From positions 37,138,001-37,202,000 of the forward strand of contig OZ260666.1 of assembly GCA_965285935.1 (NCBI GenBank): a DNA stretch of 64,000 bases. Direction: 5' to 3'. The position numbers and the translations under genes are program-made. Under the pieces are notes generated by a model. It ran no database searches, was not told where the DNA came from, and was given only the letters and a program-made list of their open reading frames with translations. This stretch comes from Ophelia neglecta. Its lineage: Eukaryota. This document shows positions 12,710 through 25,630 of this stretch, piece after piece; position 1 is the first letter of the stretch, and each line of letters starts with the position of its first letter.

Positions 12710-13060
12710 GTAAGTCAGGGAAATCCACTTCAGACCACCTGGGTACAACTAAATCCAGCTTCCAATCACACCCATTCATGCATGCTTTGCATTTTAAAAT
12801 TGCTATATTTTTCTTATTTCCTTCATGCATACATCTGGTAATGCAACTTTTCCCTGTTAGTAGAAGTTTAACCTTACTTGTACATGTGTTTTGCCTACGA
12901 TTAATCTTCACAAAGTGTTTAGTTAACAGCAGTAGGTTTTAGTTGTGTAATACAATATCATGTGCATAAATATGAAATTCTGAATTGAAATGTCTGCTAT
13001 GAAATCCAGTGGTAGTTTTCCAGTATGTGAACATGTGAACAAAAAGGAATTGTGTTTTAG

Positions 13061-13185
13061 CTCCAGAAGAGCCCAAAGAGGAGGGTGTTGCCCCAACCCT
13101 GATCTCCAAACCCAAGGCCCAGGTGGTTGAGGAAGGAGAAACGGTGACATTTGAATGTACACTGGGTGGCAAACCTGCCCCAGAG
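13061..13185 (+). CDS. Ig I-set exon, N-terminal half
   Basis: gtgttttag| ... GAG|gtcagt; APTLISKPKAQVVEEGETVTFECTLGGKPAPE. Confidence 0.9.
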
Positions 13186-13818
13186 GTCAGTAAATGATAC
13201 CAGGCCAGTAAATAATGACTATCATGGAGGGCAACAGGTTGAACTTTGATTCCCCATGTTGCCTGAAATATTGAAGACCTTATTTGTTATGTTATACATG
13301 AACATCCAATATGTATTTAAACAGACCAATTATCTGCTGACTGGTGTTACAGAACTACAATTTATCAATTGCCATAAACACAAAACGAGTCAATTTAAAA
13401 AATGTATTTATTCAGTAAAAGGTGCTAATGGCCTGGTTCTTTATAAAGACACACCATAAATAATGGTATCTGTAATAAGCGGGGGTTTTGAAAACAATAA
13501 TAATATTAACATCATGATTTTGATAGCTTTAATTCTATATTATTGGCTTTCTCTAAGATGAGCAGTCTGCTGCTACAAGCATAACTCGTCTGAAACCTCA
13601 GGATAATATAGACAGATCCATCATGAAGCTCTTCTGAATCATTAACGTTAAATGGCCTCTTCATATAGCAACTAAACTCTACAATATCTATTAAGCATGC
13701 TTATAACGTTTCCAACTGTACTAAGTTATAAATATGAATATAAATTTGTTTGTCACTTGGCTGTTGTTACAGTATGGTTCAGGGATGAGTTTTCTTATTG
13801 ACTTGTCTAATGTTGCAG

Positions 13819-14011
13819 ATTACCTGGTTTAAGGATGAGTTAACTATTGAGCAAACAAATCGCTATGAGCTGAAGATTGAGGAGGAGGACCATACTTATA
13901 CCACTTACCTCACCATTCACAATGTAGAACTCTCCGATGCCGGAAAGTACAAAATTACTGCAAGGAATGACTATGGAGAGGTCACAATGGTGGTCAGCAT
14001 GATTGTCAAAG
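13819..14011 (+). CDS. Ig I-set exon, C-terminal half
   Basis: gttgcag| ... G|gtgaga; ITWFKD...DAGKYKITARNDYG. Confidence 0.92.
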
Positions 14012-14403
14012 GTGAGAATATCTATATATATCATCCATTTCACCTGCTGGAACTTATCCATGTATAGGTGATACCCTGGTATATTTGTTACATAAATAAA
14101 TCTGTAATTCATGCCATACAGTATAAGGAACTATTTTCAAAACAGATTGATAAATACAAAATTAATAAAGAGCAATCATTATCTAATGTTAGGTTGAACA
14201 CAAGGAATTGCAACTTACATGCTTATTTCTACTTGGAACAATCTTATGTTAATTACTATTTAAAGTTGTCTTCAATGTAGTGATATACAACTTGGTTTGC
14301 ACAGGATACTATAATCATCATACCGTTCTGGTTTTACAGCCCAATCAATTTCTAAAAAGCTTATTTTGATATATTTCTATTCCTAAATTTTTACATCCAA
14401 CAG

Positions 14404-14948
14404 AAGTTGAGAAGACTGAGGAGATTGAGGTAAGATCCAGATTGCGATCCAGGTTGTCTGAATCTGCTTCTGAATCTGATGTTAGAGTAGAAAAACCGCA
14501 TGACTTCCGTAGTGTGCTGAAAAAGCCTGCTACTACCCAAGACCCATCCTCTAAAACCACCTTCAAAACCAAGCAGAAAGATTTTAGGTCTGTGCTGAAA
14601 AAGAAGGACCAACCAAGTCCTTCAAAACTTGCTCAACAAGAGGAAGAGCCCATGGACTGGACTTTGTTATTGAAAAGAAAGTCTAAAACTGAACCAGAAT
14701 TAACACAGCATGTAGAATCTGGTACAAAGACTGAAAAGCTAGACTTCAGGGATGTTCTGAGGAAGTCGTCTGAATCAGAAGACCCTAAAATCAAACAGAA
14801 GACAGAAGCAGCCGAACAGAAAGATTTCAGGACTGTTCTAAAGAAAGCTGAGCCCTCTTCTACTAAAACTGAGCATGTGCCACCCAAAGAACCGAAACAG
14901 AAAGATTTTAGAGCCTTGCTGAGAAAGCCTAGTAGTTCTAGTTCTGAG
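14404..14948 (+). CDS. Exon with five DFRxxL motifs (putative F-actin-binding repeats); alternative short form 14404-14429
   Basis: tccaacag| ... GAG|gtttgc; DFRSVL, DFRSVL, DFRDVL, DFRTVL, DFRALL. Confidence 0.82.
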
Positions 14949-15229
14949 GTTTGCTTGCATGTTTGTTTTTGTTTCTTTTAATACTTATTATTTTGAGTTA
15001 AATCAACCCATACTAGTTTATACTTTTCATAACCTGCCCAAATTACATATAACACCCCTATTAATAGATGCATGTTGAGCAAGTTCCATTTTAAATAAGA
15101 CTAGTTAGTATCATCTGTTCTTAATGGTACAAACCACTTTTTGTAGAAACGATTGTTTTGGTCTTAGGATAGCTTTCTGCCATGTATTTTCCACTTCGTA
15201 ATGCTCAGGATTTGACTGTGCCCTTTCAG

Positions 15230-15515
15230 AAACCACAGCCCCAGGTTGTGGAGAAGCCGCTGGATGTGACTGTGACGGAAGGTGAGAGTGCACGTTTTCA
15301 GTGTCGTGTGATTGGCATGCCCCCTCCTCAGATCACCTGGCTTTTCCAGGGTAGGCCTATTGTAGATGAGGAGGTTTACACCATAGAGGAGGGAGAGGGC
15401 GGCCTACAGGTCCTCTCCATACCTGAATGCTTCCCTGAGGATGCAGGTGTCTACACCATACGAGCCTCCAATGAGCATGGCATTACAGAGGCCTCTGCAA
15501 TACTCACTGTACTGG
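15230..15515 (+). CDS. Ig I-set exon
   Basis: ccctttcag| ... G|gtcagt; FQCRVIGMPPPQITW...EDAGVYTIRASNEHG. Confidence 0.93.
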
Positions 15516-17341
15516 GTCAGTGCATGGCTTTAGTGTTTGTTAAAGGTGTCGGCTGTGAGACCATATACTCCAGGAACAGATATGTAGATAGTAGTTAAGT
15601 GAAAAAATGAAAGGAATTGTGACCTATAAACATGAATGGCTGTCCTAAAAACAAAATTCTTATCATATATGAAACTTATTTTTCAATTGTCTGAATGGTA
15701 TATGAAAGCATCAGTAAATTCACATACATGTACATGTAATATACTGAATTTTAAAGCTATACTTTTTCTTGTTAAATCATTGTGACTCCTGTAGTTTGTA
15801 TTCTCACAGCCTTGCCTTTTTTGTAAACATTTAGGTAGTTACCAAAGTATACCCCTACATCATGTCCTTAAATCATTAGATTTCGCAACTTGTAGTTTAA
15901 CTTCTAAGCCACCCCAGAATTTTTTGAAGTTGCTGTGAGCCAAATAGCACAGTCAAACCAGGATAATGTGTGTATTACCTCAAAATATTTGATGTGTGCA
16001 TGTCTGTTTAACAGTACCTCTCATTATTGTGGCAGAACAAGGATGGTAATCAAGGAATACTAGTCATGCAGCTATAGTTTCGACGGTGCTGGTCAAAGCT
16101 GCACTTTAAAGCTTTTCAGAAATTGATATTGGAACTTTAATGTAAACTGTTATCTTCTGAAATTTTGAGCACCTGCTGTTTCTGGAGACCCTTGTACACC
16201 CACATTATAACAGTGAATTGTGACATTGTCTGATGGTTTGGAGTATGCCAAGCAAAACCTTGCCAGTCATGGCTGCCACACACAGTGGGTGCATGCGTAT
16301 GAAGTGAATAGTTTCCCTAAACTCTTATCATGTACGAATCTATGAATTTTATAACTTTCTTATCCACCTGTTTTAGGTTTTCAAGACCATGACTTGGGTT
16401 AATTCAATGTTGAGGTGACTCCTTTATCTCCTAAACTATGTTAACAAACTTGAACATTGACAGTTCTTTCCAAAAATTACCACTTGCAGGGTGTACCTAG
16501 TATGTCAGGTATATACATGAATGCCAGGTAGAATTGTTACAGTAACACTTATGATAATGGTAAGTGATTATCAGGCATAAGATGTTCCCATACTTGGTAA
16601 TATTTGGAAAGAAGCCAAGACATCCAGGACTTTGAGCTGGACCAAGAGGGATATACAAGCCACTTGAATATTTAGCATGCTTACATTATCTCATTCAAGA
16701 GCTTGGGAGCATTCAAATCTATCCAAATCACCCCTCTCAAAGATCAAGTTGTAATACCAATGTATTAAGATGATTTTGGCAAACAATCTTGGATCGACCC
16801 AACATTTATGTGGGTGTTCCCCCAAAAAACATGCATTTTTTCAAAAATTTCATACAAACAGTTTGTCAACCGTTTATAAGGAATTATTATCTAATATTCT
16901 GAAGCAAAAGCATATAACATGCAGGGCACAGAGCTGAGGTCACTGTCACTAGTCAGACACTTATCATGACCAAGTTGTCAGTTGACCTCCCACCCCTCCA
17001 GATCGAGAACCACAGTAGCTTGGCCTTGGGCAAACTTTTGTACACCATTTGTCTCTATCAGTGTGAATTTGGATACAATGTACACTAGTCATGTTGTAGA
17101 CCTCAATTGGATCTCTAGTCCTAGTGTGATTTCTAAATGTTGTGGCTTCAGTGGTGTAAAAAGGGTGGCTCCTAATCATGTGAATTGGCATAAATTTGGG
17201 AAAATGTAGTGTGATTCACTGGATGCATTGTGAAATTGTGTAAAAAATTAGGAAAAGAGCAAAGAACCACTAGCCGGGTGGACTAAGGGAAGCTGACACC
17301 AGTCTAGGTGTGTTCCTTACTGGTCTGTTTCTGTGTTCCAG

Positions 17342-17655
17342 AGGAGACAGTTGAGGGAGAGTTTACCGTGACAGAGACGGTTGAAGAGCCGGAGGAGGAG
17401 ACTGTTGAAGGCGAGTTTACCCTAACGGAGCCAGTTGAGGAGCCCACAGAAGAGGAGGCCATGCTGACGCTCCAGCAGCAGCCGGAGAGCCAGCAGATGG
17501 AGAGCATCACCATGGAGAAGGTGAAGCAGACGGTTATTACTGATGTGTTGACAGAGACTCTAGGGGGAGCTGTGGAGGTGTCCCTCTCTCCCCTGGAGCT
17601 CTGCCCACACAAACGACGCAGGCTGCGACAGCCTAAGCATGTGCATGCCAGACAG
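17342..17655 (+). CDS. Acidic linker exon (EETVEGEF repeats); 3' end uncertain (in-frame donors after 17520, 17577 or 17655)
   Basis: ttctgtgttccag| phase 1; the next exon needs a phase-0 donor and three GT candidates fit. Confidence 0.7.
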
Positions 17656-19535
17656 GTACCCTCAGTTCTAACTGCTAACTTCAATTTGCTTGTCATTAAC
17701 CCTCTAGATAATACAAACAGTTTTAACCACCTTTAAATTAATTTGAATGTCATCGGTGACATTTTTATGATAGACAGTATCAGTAGGTATATAGTTTGAA
17801 TAATGTTTCTTCTACTATGATTATAGATTGTAATTATTCAATAGTTGTTAGGTTATGATACTTGATTTAATATCTGTTTTTTTCTCAGTAATTTAGGTAG
17901 TCTTAGTGTTCATAATATTATCAATAGCTCACAAGGGCATTCTGCATGTTTAGAATTCTTCACCCAACACAGTCCTTTCAGCAGGGAGTGTATAGAGCCA
18001 CTTGACTTTTGAACAATCACTTTACCAAACCGGATCCATTAGAACTTATATTTGGCAATCTTACTTTATCTAACAAAGTCCTTATTTTCGTAATATTCAA
18101 AATTAATGGTAGACGAGAACATTTGATTCATTTTAATCAAATCAAGAGGAAAAATTCAATCACCATTCAATCAGAACAATAACTCCTTCAATTCTTGGGA
18201 TTTAAGTTTCTTTGACATGTATATGTGTATGCATGACAAATTTGCTGATCACATCTACTTGTTGGTTGAGTATCTCGGGAACCTGTCCACTTAATTTTCT
18301 CAGGGTGTGGCCCCCACCTCTCAGAAAGGAATGTGTTCTAGTGTTAGGTGTTTACTGAGCATACTAGCTATTTGTTTCCAGCTGCTGAGAGCTCCAAAGC
18401 AGGTTAACATCGCTGTGCGACTACAGGAGTTTGAGCATGCAATTGTTCACCGATCTGAAGCCCAACTTTATGTTTGTCAACAGGTGTGTGGGTGTCTAAA
18501 TAACATACTAATCATTCCACACCCACCCATTATTCAAATTTTGAATAAGCAGGTCTTTTTTTATAGAGAATGTAGCTTCTGTGATTTGCTTGCTATTTAA
18601 CACTTTCTAACAGTTATGGAGTGCATTATATTTCATATTAGATATTTTTTGACATTGTTAATGATGCCTGAACATGAACTGGTAATAGTACCCATACCCT
18701 ATCTACTAAAACAATATGTAAATTTCTGAACAGATTTTGTGTGCAAGGTCCTTCAATTTGTTTGCTTGCTCAGTGCTGGGGTGGTTAAGGCTGAAATCAG
18801 AAAGATTTTATAAAGATTCCAATATAAGAGAAATGTTAAAGCAAATATAGAAGTACATATATATTAGCAAATATAAAACTACCTATGTCAGCCATATGTC
18901 ATATGTCACTATTTAAAGCTCTGTCACGTCATTCCTAATCAAATGCTATTAAACTCAGGCATGCATGCAAAATATGTACACACACACTTAGGTGGTGACA
19001 GACTGAAGACCATTGTGCCACACTGAAATACCTGTACTCATTTGCTAAGCAACACATGAACCCAGAATGCAAATTTCTACCAATATTTGAAATAAATTAT
19101 ATGCTCTCTTAGGGAAATAAATGAATATAAATTAGTCAGTTTATAAAAAAAAAAGTGTGTTCCCATGTTGAAACAGTTCTTCAGCCAAATTCCGATTTCA
19201 GCCTTTATCAACTTCAGGAGTAGTTGGTCTGGTCACTTGAAGTTAAAATCTTTTATCTATGCTCCAATGATTATCACTGTCCAGTAAATATATTGTCCAT
19301 GTAATTTTTATGTTCCTTAAATCAGAGCTGTATTTTCTAAAATCTGTAAAGCAGGGTTTTATTTTCTAAAAAGTTAGTTGCTTTATTCATTAAAAAGAAC
19401 TTAATAACTATGTTCTCTTAGCAGTGACATGCTGTTAGCATGTAATTATCATAATTCCTTTTTTTATTACTTATTTCCTGGCATATCACTTGCTGATAAT
19501 AGATACTAATAGCTTACACGTTGACCTGATTCCAG

Positions 19536-19690
19536 ACTGTGGGTGCTGCCCCCAGCTTTGTGAAGGAGGTGAGCGCCATCTCAGTTGATCTGGGTAAGCC
19601 CATCGTCCTGGACTGCCAGGTACGAGGTGAACCTAGACCAACCATCAAATGGTACAAGGATGAAATTGAAATCATTGATGAAAGACACAT
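19536..19690 (+). CDS. Ig I-set exon, N-terminal half
   Basis: gattccag| ... AT|gtaagt; APSFVKE...LDCQVRGEPRPTIKWYKD. Confidence 0.9.
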
Positions 19691-19974
19691 GTAAGTCTTC
19701 TTTGGGAATTACCCTAAGTCAGTTACTAAGTCAATAGATTTATCAATGGGGATGCACATGTTATTATTAAAGTTAACTTTAAGAAAATTTCATTCACAAC
19801 AGCTGTCTCCAAAAAGTAAATACATAATTATGTAAATAACTTCAAACTGAAGAGGCCTATTATTTATGTATCTTTATCCAATTAAGAGAAATCAAGATTT
19901 GAGAGGTATAACACAGACACATTTATACAATTTATGGCATTAATACATCATTTAATCTCTTACTGTTGTTTTAG

Positions 19975-20393
19975 CATTGAGATCACAGAGGATTTGGAGG
20001 TCACCTTGACCATTGAGGAGTCCACATGGGACGACACCGGAAACTACACAATAATCATCAGCAATGACTACGGCGAAAGTCAGTGCACCGTGTCCGTTCA
20101 CATAACCGTGGAGCCACCCCGCTTCGTTAAGCCACTCGACAATACCCGTGCCACCCTGACCAAGACCGCCACCTTCGAGTGTGTCGTGTCTGGTCAGCCA
20201 CAACCGCAGGGCACGTGGCTCTGCTTCGGCGTCGAACTCGCCGAGTCGGATAAATATCACATGACTCAAACAGAGGACACATTCACACTGGAAATTCATA
20301 GTGTCACAATCGATGACACTGAAATGGAATACACCATAAAGGTGGAGAATCCTGCTGGAACAGCCACATGCACAGCTAGGTTGATCCCTCAAG
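19975..20393 (+). CDS. Exon: C-half of one Ig plus a complete Ig
   Basis: gttttag| ... G|gtttgt; DDTGNYTIIISNDYG and FECVVSGQPQPQGTW. Confidence 0.92.
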
Positions 20394-23300
20394 GTTTGTT
20401 TCCATTTATGTTCTATTCTTCTCTCCAGTATATACTCTTCTATACGATGTCCTCGGCAGTGTGCAATGCACTGTTTTGCGCTTTTTTAAGTCATCGACAT
20501 CCTGGGTTCAAAGATGTTTCGTATCCATATCACATCACATGTTGTGCATTCTGATGTAGTTTTATCACTTGGTAGTTTTAAGGCTCAGTAAAAACTATAT
20601 TAACTAGGTTGTAGCTGCATGATCACCATTACAAGTTTTCACTTAAACACTAACATTTCAAACTAAATTTGAAGCATTGTTTGAGCATGTATGGTGAATT
20701 ATTCTTGCATTGATTCTTGTAAACAGGGTATCAGCTGTTCAAAGCAATGTTCCATATTTTGTGATTACATTTACCTACATGTATTTTACCAGTTAAGGAA
20801 TTTACTGTTAAAGAGTAAAAGAGAAGTAGTTTGCATGTACATGTACATGGTTGTTAAGATTTTGTGGCTTCTAACAATAAATAGGCCAGTTTTTCTGATG
20901 TCCGTACTATGATATTCTAGTATAGCTGTACATGTTACACATCTGTTAGGTGTAAATGTGTTGTATTGTGATATGTTGTGTCCCTGTTTTGTCCTACACT
21001 GCATGTACCCTGGTAGATATAAGATGTTCACTGTATTTGTTCTTTGCGTATGATGTCATTGTCTCTGATTCTATCTATACCCCTGCTGGACTCATGGCTA
21101 TGAATTGATATGATGTCAAGCTTTGTCTTTCTGATAATAGACTCTCATAATTTGTGTAAGATCTGCACATGGAATTAAAAAAATGAAAAAAGCAAGAACA
21201 TGGAATTAAAAATGAAAAAGCCAAATTAATGATTAGGACCTGGTATTTCTGGATTCTTAATCAATGCTCATGTACATATTAATTTGTAGGCTTTAGAACT
21301 AGACACGTGTCAGTAGGCTCCTGGTTAATTGTACATGTATATACATCTCTGTCTCTGTAGTGCCTGCTCACTGCACAAAAACGCATGCAAAACGGATATT
21401 AGTCCGCTGTAATACATGACACGCTTTGAATTTATTAGATGCTTTAGATATAATTGTCAGAAGAATAGACAGTTGGTAGCATAGGTTGTAGTATAGAGAG
21501 CAGTCAATGAAAACAGTATTCTCAGAAAGTTTTTTGTTAAAAAGACTGAGTAGAGATTACTTATTAATAGATATTTGTAGAGGTGAGGGATGGAATAAAG
21601 GTAATATATTCCCGGGTGTGCCGGCAAGCCTTTTTGCTGATTGCTACTGTGGCAGTTCTCCTTACTTTTAGAAATGCAGTTGTACATTGCCTTATGTTTG
21701 ATATGTATTTTCAGCCCAGGGTAATCCTGACACTGAAAAGCATATTCATGATGATCACCAATCCTCCGGGGCTGATCCAGCGCCCAGCACTTTAAAAACT
21801 ATACATGTACCTCTAGAGAGTGTTTTTGCTTATTTGCTAGTCGGCCTCGGAATATTGATCAACCTGAGCCTGCACTCCACCAGCTTGATTCTGCTTCTGT
21901 TTGTGGTTATCTTAGTAGTAGTATTGGTTTGTCTGCTGCTGTTGTTACATGCTCAGGAGAGGGACATATCCTGAGAGATAGGGCCCAGAACAGGCCCCAG
22001 AACAAGTATTACCAGTAGATAGATACTGTCAATGTATAATTTCAGCCTTTACTATGTATACCTGATTGTACTGTTAAGTCCTGCTCCCCAGTGCCTCAGA
22101 TTTACTTTAAATGTAAAATTAAAATGGAAGGATACCAGTTGACACTGCTGAACTGGCAGTATTGGCTCAGAAAAGTCGTGGTTTGTGCATGTGATATTAA
22201 CAGTTTTATTGGTTGTTTCAATAACAGTAATGATCATAACAAGCACATTATTATAATATGTGCTGTTTTGGTGCTACCACTGTCAGAACGTGGCAACATA
22301 TTCATAATACATGTTGTACTAATAATAACTAGCAAACACCAGGCACTTAATATTTGTAGGTTGACTTAGTTTTGCCATTAACTAAGTCACTAACTCCCAG
22401 TTTGTTTTATGAATGGTGTTGTTAATTGTTGGTTTAAATCATTTGATCATAGATTCAGCGGGAGATCCTGGGAAGTGTCAACACTTGACTGCTGATGTAA
22501 ATTACTCAAATGATGTCAGTAATGTAAAAATGCAGATATATAAAAATATACTTTTTACTTATGTATTCTGAATGTAAAGATTAATATCTTCCAATATTGC
22601 TTCACTTAAGAAGTGAGTCATTGAGGTTTTCTTAAGCTTACACTAAATAATATCATTGTATCAGGATTTAGATGCCTCCGTATATGGCCTTATAGATACT
22701 GTACAAATTTCTTTTATGAATGAATTCTCCCATTATAATATGTGGTTTTTAAATTGTAAACAATGTTTTATGTAACATTAATATTGTGACTTCCGCTAGC
22801 TGGAAATGATCGATTGATTAAAGTGAATTGCATGTGCATTTGTGCTACCCTGTTATAACTAACCCAATGGAGGTATTATTAGTTTATAAACTTGGTTATT
22901 TTAATGTTTTAACACTTGTTAAATATATGGCCCATGTCAGAACAATACAGTGGGGTTCACATTTGAGTGTCTTCAGGAGAGCAGTCTTTTCAGTGGATTT
23001 TTTTACAGCAGTTATTTTAAACATAAACAATGGAAGTATAATAGCAAATTTTTATGTGGGAGGGTAGGGGGGGGGGGGGTGTCCAGAAAACACTGGGCAG
23101 CCTTTGTGGTCTAAATGACAGGCACACCCTAAATCAATATCCTCAAACTTTATTTAGGTACCTCCTGTCGGGGTCATTCTATCATGAGGCTTAAACTTCT
23201 CATCATGTGAATTTCTGATTGCTATACATGTATCTTTTGACCTGAAGTTGAGTCACTTAACTGCATAGCAGATCATTATATATACATGTCTTCTACCCTA

Positions 23301-25491
23301 TTATTGTTCATACTGGCAGGACATACATGCAGGCCTCCTATTGGTGTTACCTGTATATACAGTGTATCAATTGACATTGCATATATATAAATACATAAGA
23401 AACAGGTATGTCAAAAGTTGAAACAGTAAAGATTTTAAAAAAAAGTCTTGCACAGCCGTCTTAAGCCTGCCCGCTACATTAGTATCAGTAAACTTGACTG
23501 TTTGTTAATCACAGAGTTGCCTCTTCTGCTATTGGAGGTCTGTGATAAAAACAGCATATTATTTTAAAATTATTTATACAGAAAAGCCATATTTTTACTT
23601 CCTTTCTAGATGTGAAAAAAATAACTGCTGTAATCTTTAATTGAGTGTCAAAATTCATATAAAATAGTTGAAGGTGAAAGATTATTTGTAAATTTATTGT
23701 CTTATAATATATGAAATTATGAAATGTATATTTCAGGACTATTGTGTTATTCGAGAAAGTTATGCTTGTGTACATGACCACCTTAACTAACATAACCACT
23801 AATAATATGTTAATTTGTATCAGTAATGTTAATGGGTCTGCTATACTACTTGTAGATATCTCTTTGATTGAAGAGTATTTTAAATTTCTGTTTATTTTGT
23901 TGCAAGCATAAACATGAAGCCTGGTGACCATATCATATTGGGCAGTTTGGTTTGATTGTCATTGAGTTGTTTGTGTTCATGTTTATTGTCCCAGATTGAG
24001 CTAACTAATAAATTGCACGATGTTTTATACGTATGCATGAGTTTGTTTTTCATAGCAGCCTTTTCCAGATCCTCATTCTGGAAGTTTTGTATACAAATGC
24101 GTTTTATCTTTATTTATTCGCTAGCCTCCTTTTGCCAAGGAACATGTATTCTGATTGTTTTAGGACTTTGCCTGTATTCATAGGAGATTGTTGATGGGTG
24201 ATATGCATTGAGCTTCTCAAGTGTCGGGAGTTTAGTCAAGACATTTAATTCATTCCCTGAAAATGTATCACCTTTATTGAAAGCCGCTAATTCAAAATCA
24301 GTCAATGAAATGCCTACTTTTGTCGGTAGCGCCGAGTATCACCTCGATACCTATGTTCCTGAGTATCATAATAAAATACCTGATTATCACATTAAAGACT
24401 ATAGACAGAAGACATACAAAAACTAAAAATGCTAATAAGTCTCCACTATCCTACGTGAATATAAATACAACATTGTGGTAAGTATATCATATTTGTATGC
24501 AGCATGGGTATGAGGGGTTCTTGTTATAGTTTGTAATGTATGCATACAAGCTGCACAATACGGTTGCCTTGTGGGAACATTTGTTTTAAATGAATAGGTC
24601 CTTTTTTGAGGTTATACAGGTACCACCAATCTCATGGGGAACTCTCATCAGTGTTTAGTAATATTGGCAATATTTTGTCCGAAATTATTTATGTTCACTT
24701 TATGTTGCATGGAACTTTTCAAAAATATGCTATCAACAGCCTGGCTTGGGATCTCAAACTAACTGCATGTTAACATCGGAGTTTGTTAACTCTAGCCTTG
24801 ACATAATAGTGGTGGAGGAAAGATTGCACAACTATGTGGTGGGGCTTTTATGTTAAAGTTTTACTTTTTTCAAAAAATGATTTTTTAGTTATTTTCTGTA
24901 TTATGTGACCACAATCAGCCAGCTACATGGGCTGCTTTAAGCAGACAAGGTTCTTTCTGCAATATTTTGCATGTTTCAGTATAATTGATTTAGTTAGAAT
25001 GACTAAAATAATAGTCTTTCAAATAAATTTGCATGGTAAAATTCTAAATGTCATAAAATGCACAAAATAAGCACTGAGATGCACAAGTCTTGTAAATATT
25101 ATTTTAGTTATTCTGGTAAGAGATGTATTCCTCTGTGAGCTGCAAAACCCTTATACTTGGCAAACTCTTTATTTCATTACTTTCTCATCAGATTTGAAGG
25201 CATTGTATGATACCCTAAAAGGGAAATTAATGGGCAGCAAAAAAATTTGTGCTCTGAACTCACAAACATTAAGGCAGCAAGATATAAGGGTTTTACAGTG
25301 TATATATTTGTTAATCTAGTCATATCCCAAAACCTTCTTATACATGTATGTCTGTGTATTCAAGATTTTGTTTATTAATGTACACATCTGTGTTTATTTC
25401 CCTTAATTGTTCATATGCCCAATGTCACTTAAATCATGGTGGTGTTTATAAATTCATTTGAGTAAAAATTCTGTTTTGACATCTTTCACAG

Positions 25492-25630
25492 TTCCACCAA
25501 AGATCAAAGGCCCTGGTCCAATCACGGTACAGCAGGGCGAGTACATCAGAATAGACTGCCAGTACGAGGGCCAGCCACAACCCACACCCACCTGGTATAA
25601 ATCTGGAATAGAAATTGAACCCAATGACAA
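25492..25630 (+). CDS. Ig I-set exon, N-terminal half
   Basis: ctttcacag| ... AA|gtaagg; VPPKIKGP...IDCQYEGQPQPTPTWYK. Confidence 0.9.

Noticed and set aside
14404-15515. Assignment as myosin light chain kinase or twitchin/projectin because of DFRxxL
   Set aside because: No kinase or Fn3 domains seen in the window, and the exon is frame-linked to titin-like exons. A kinase further downstream cannot be excluded.
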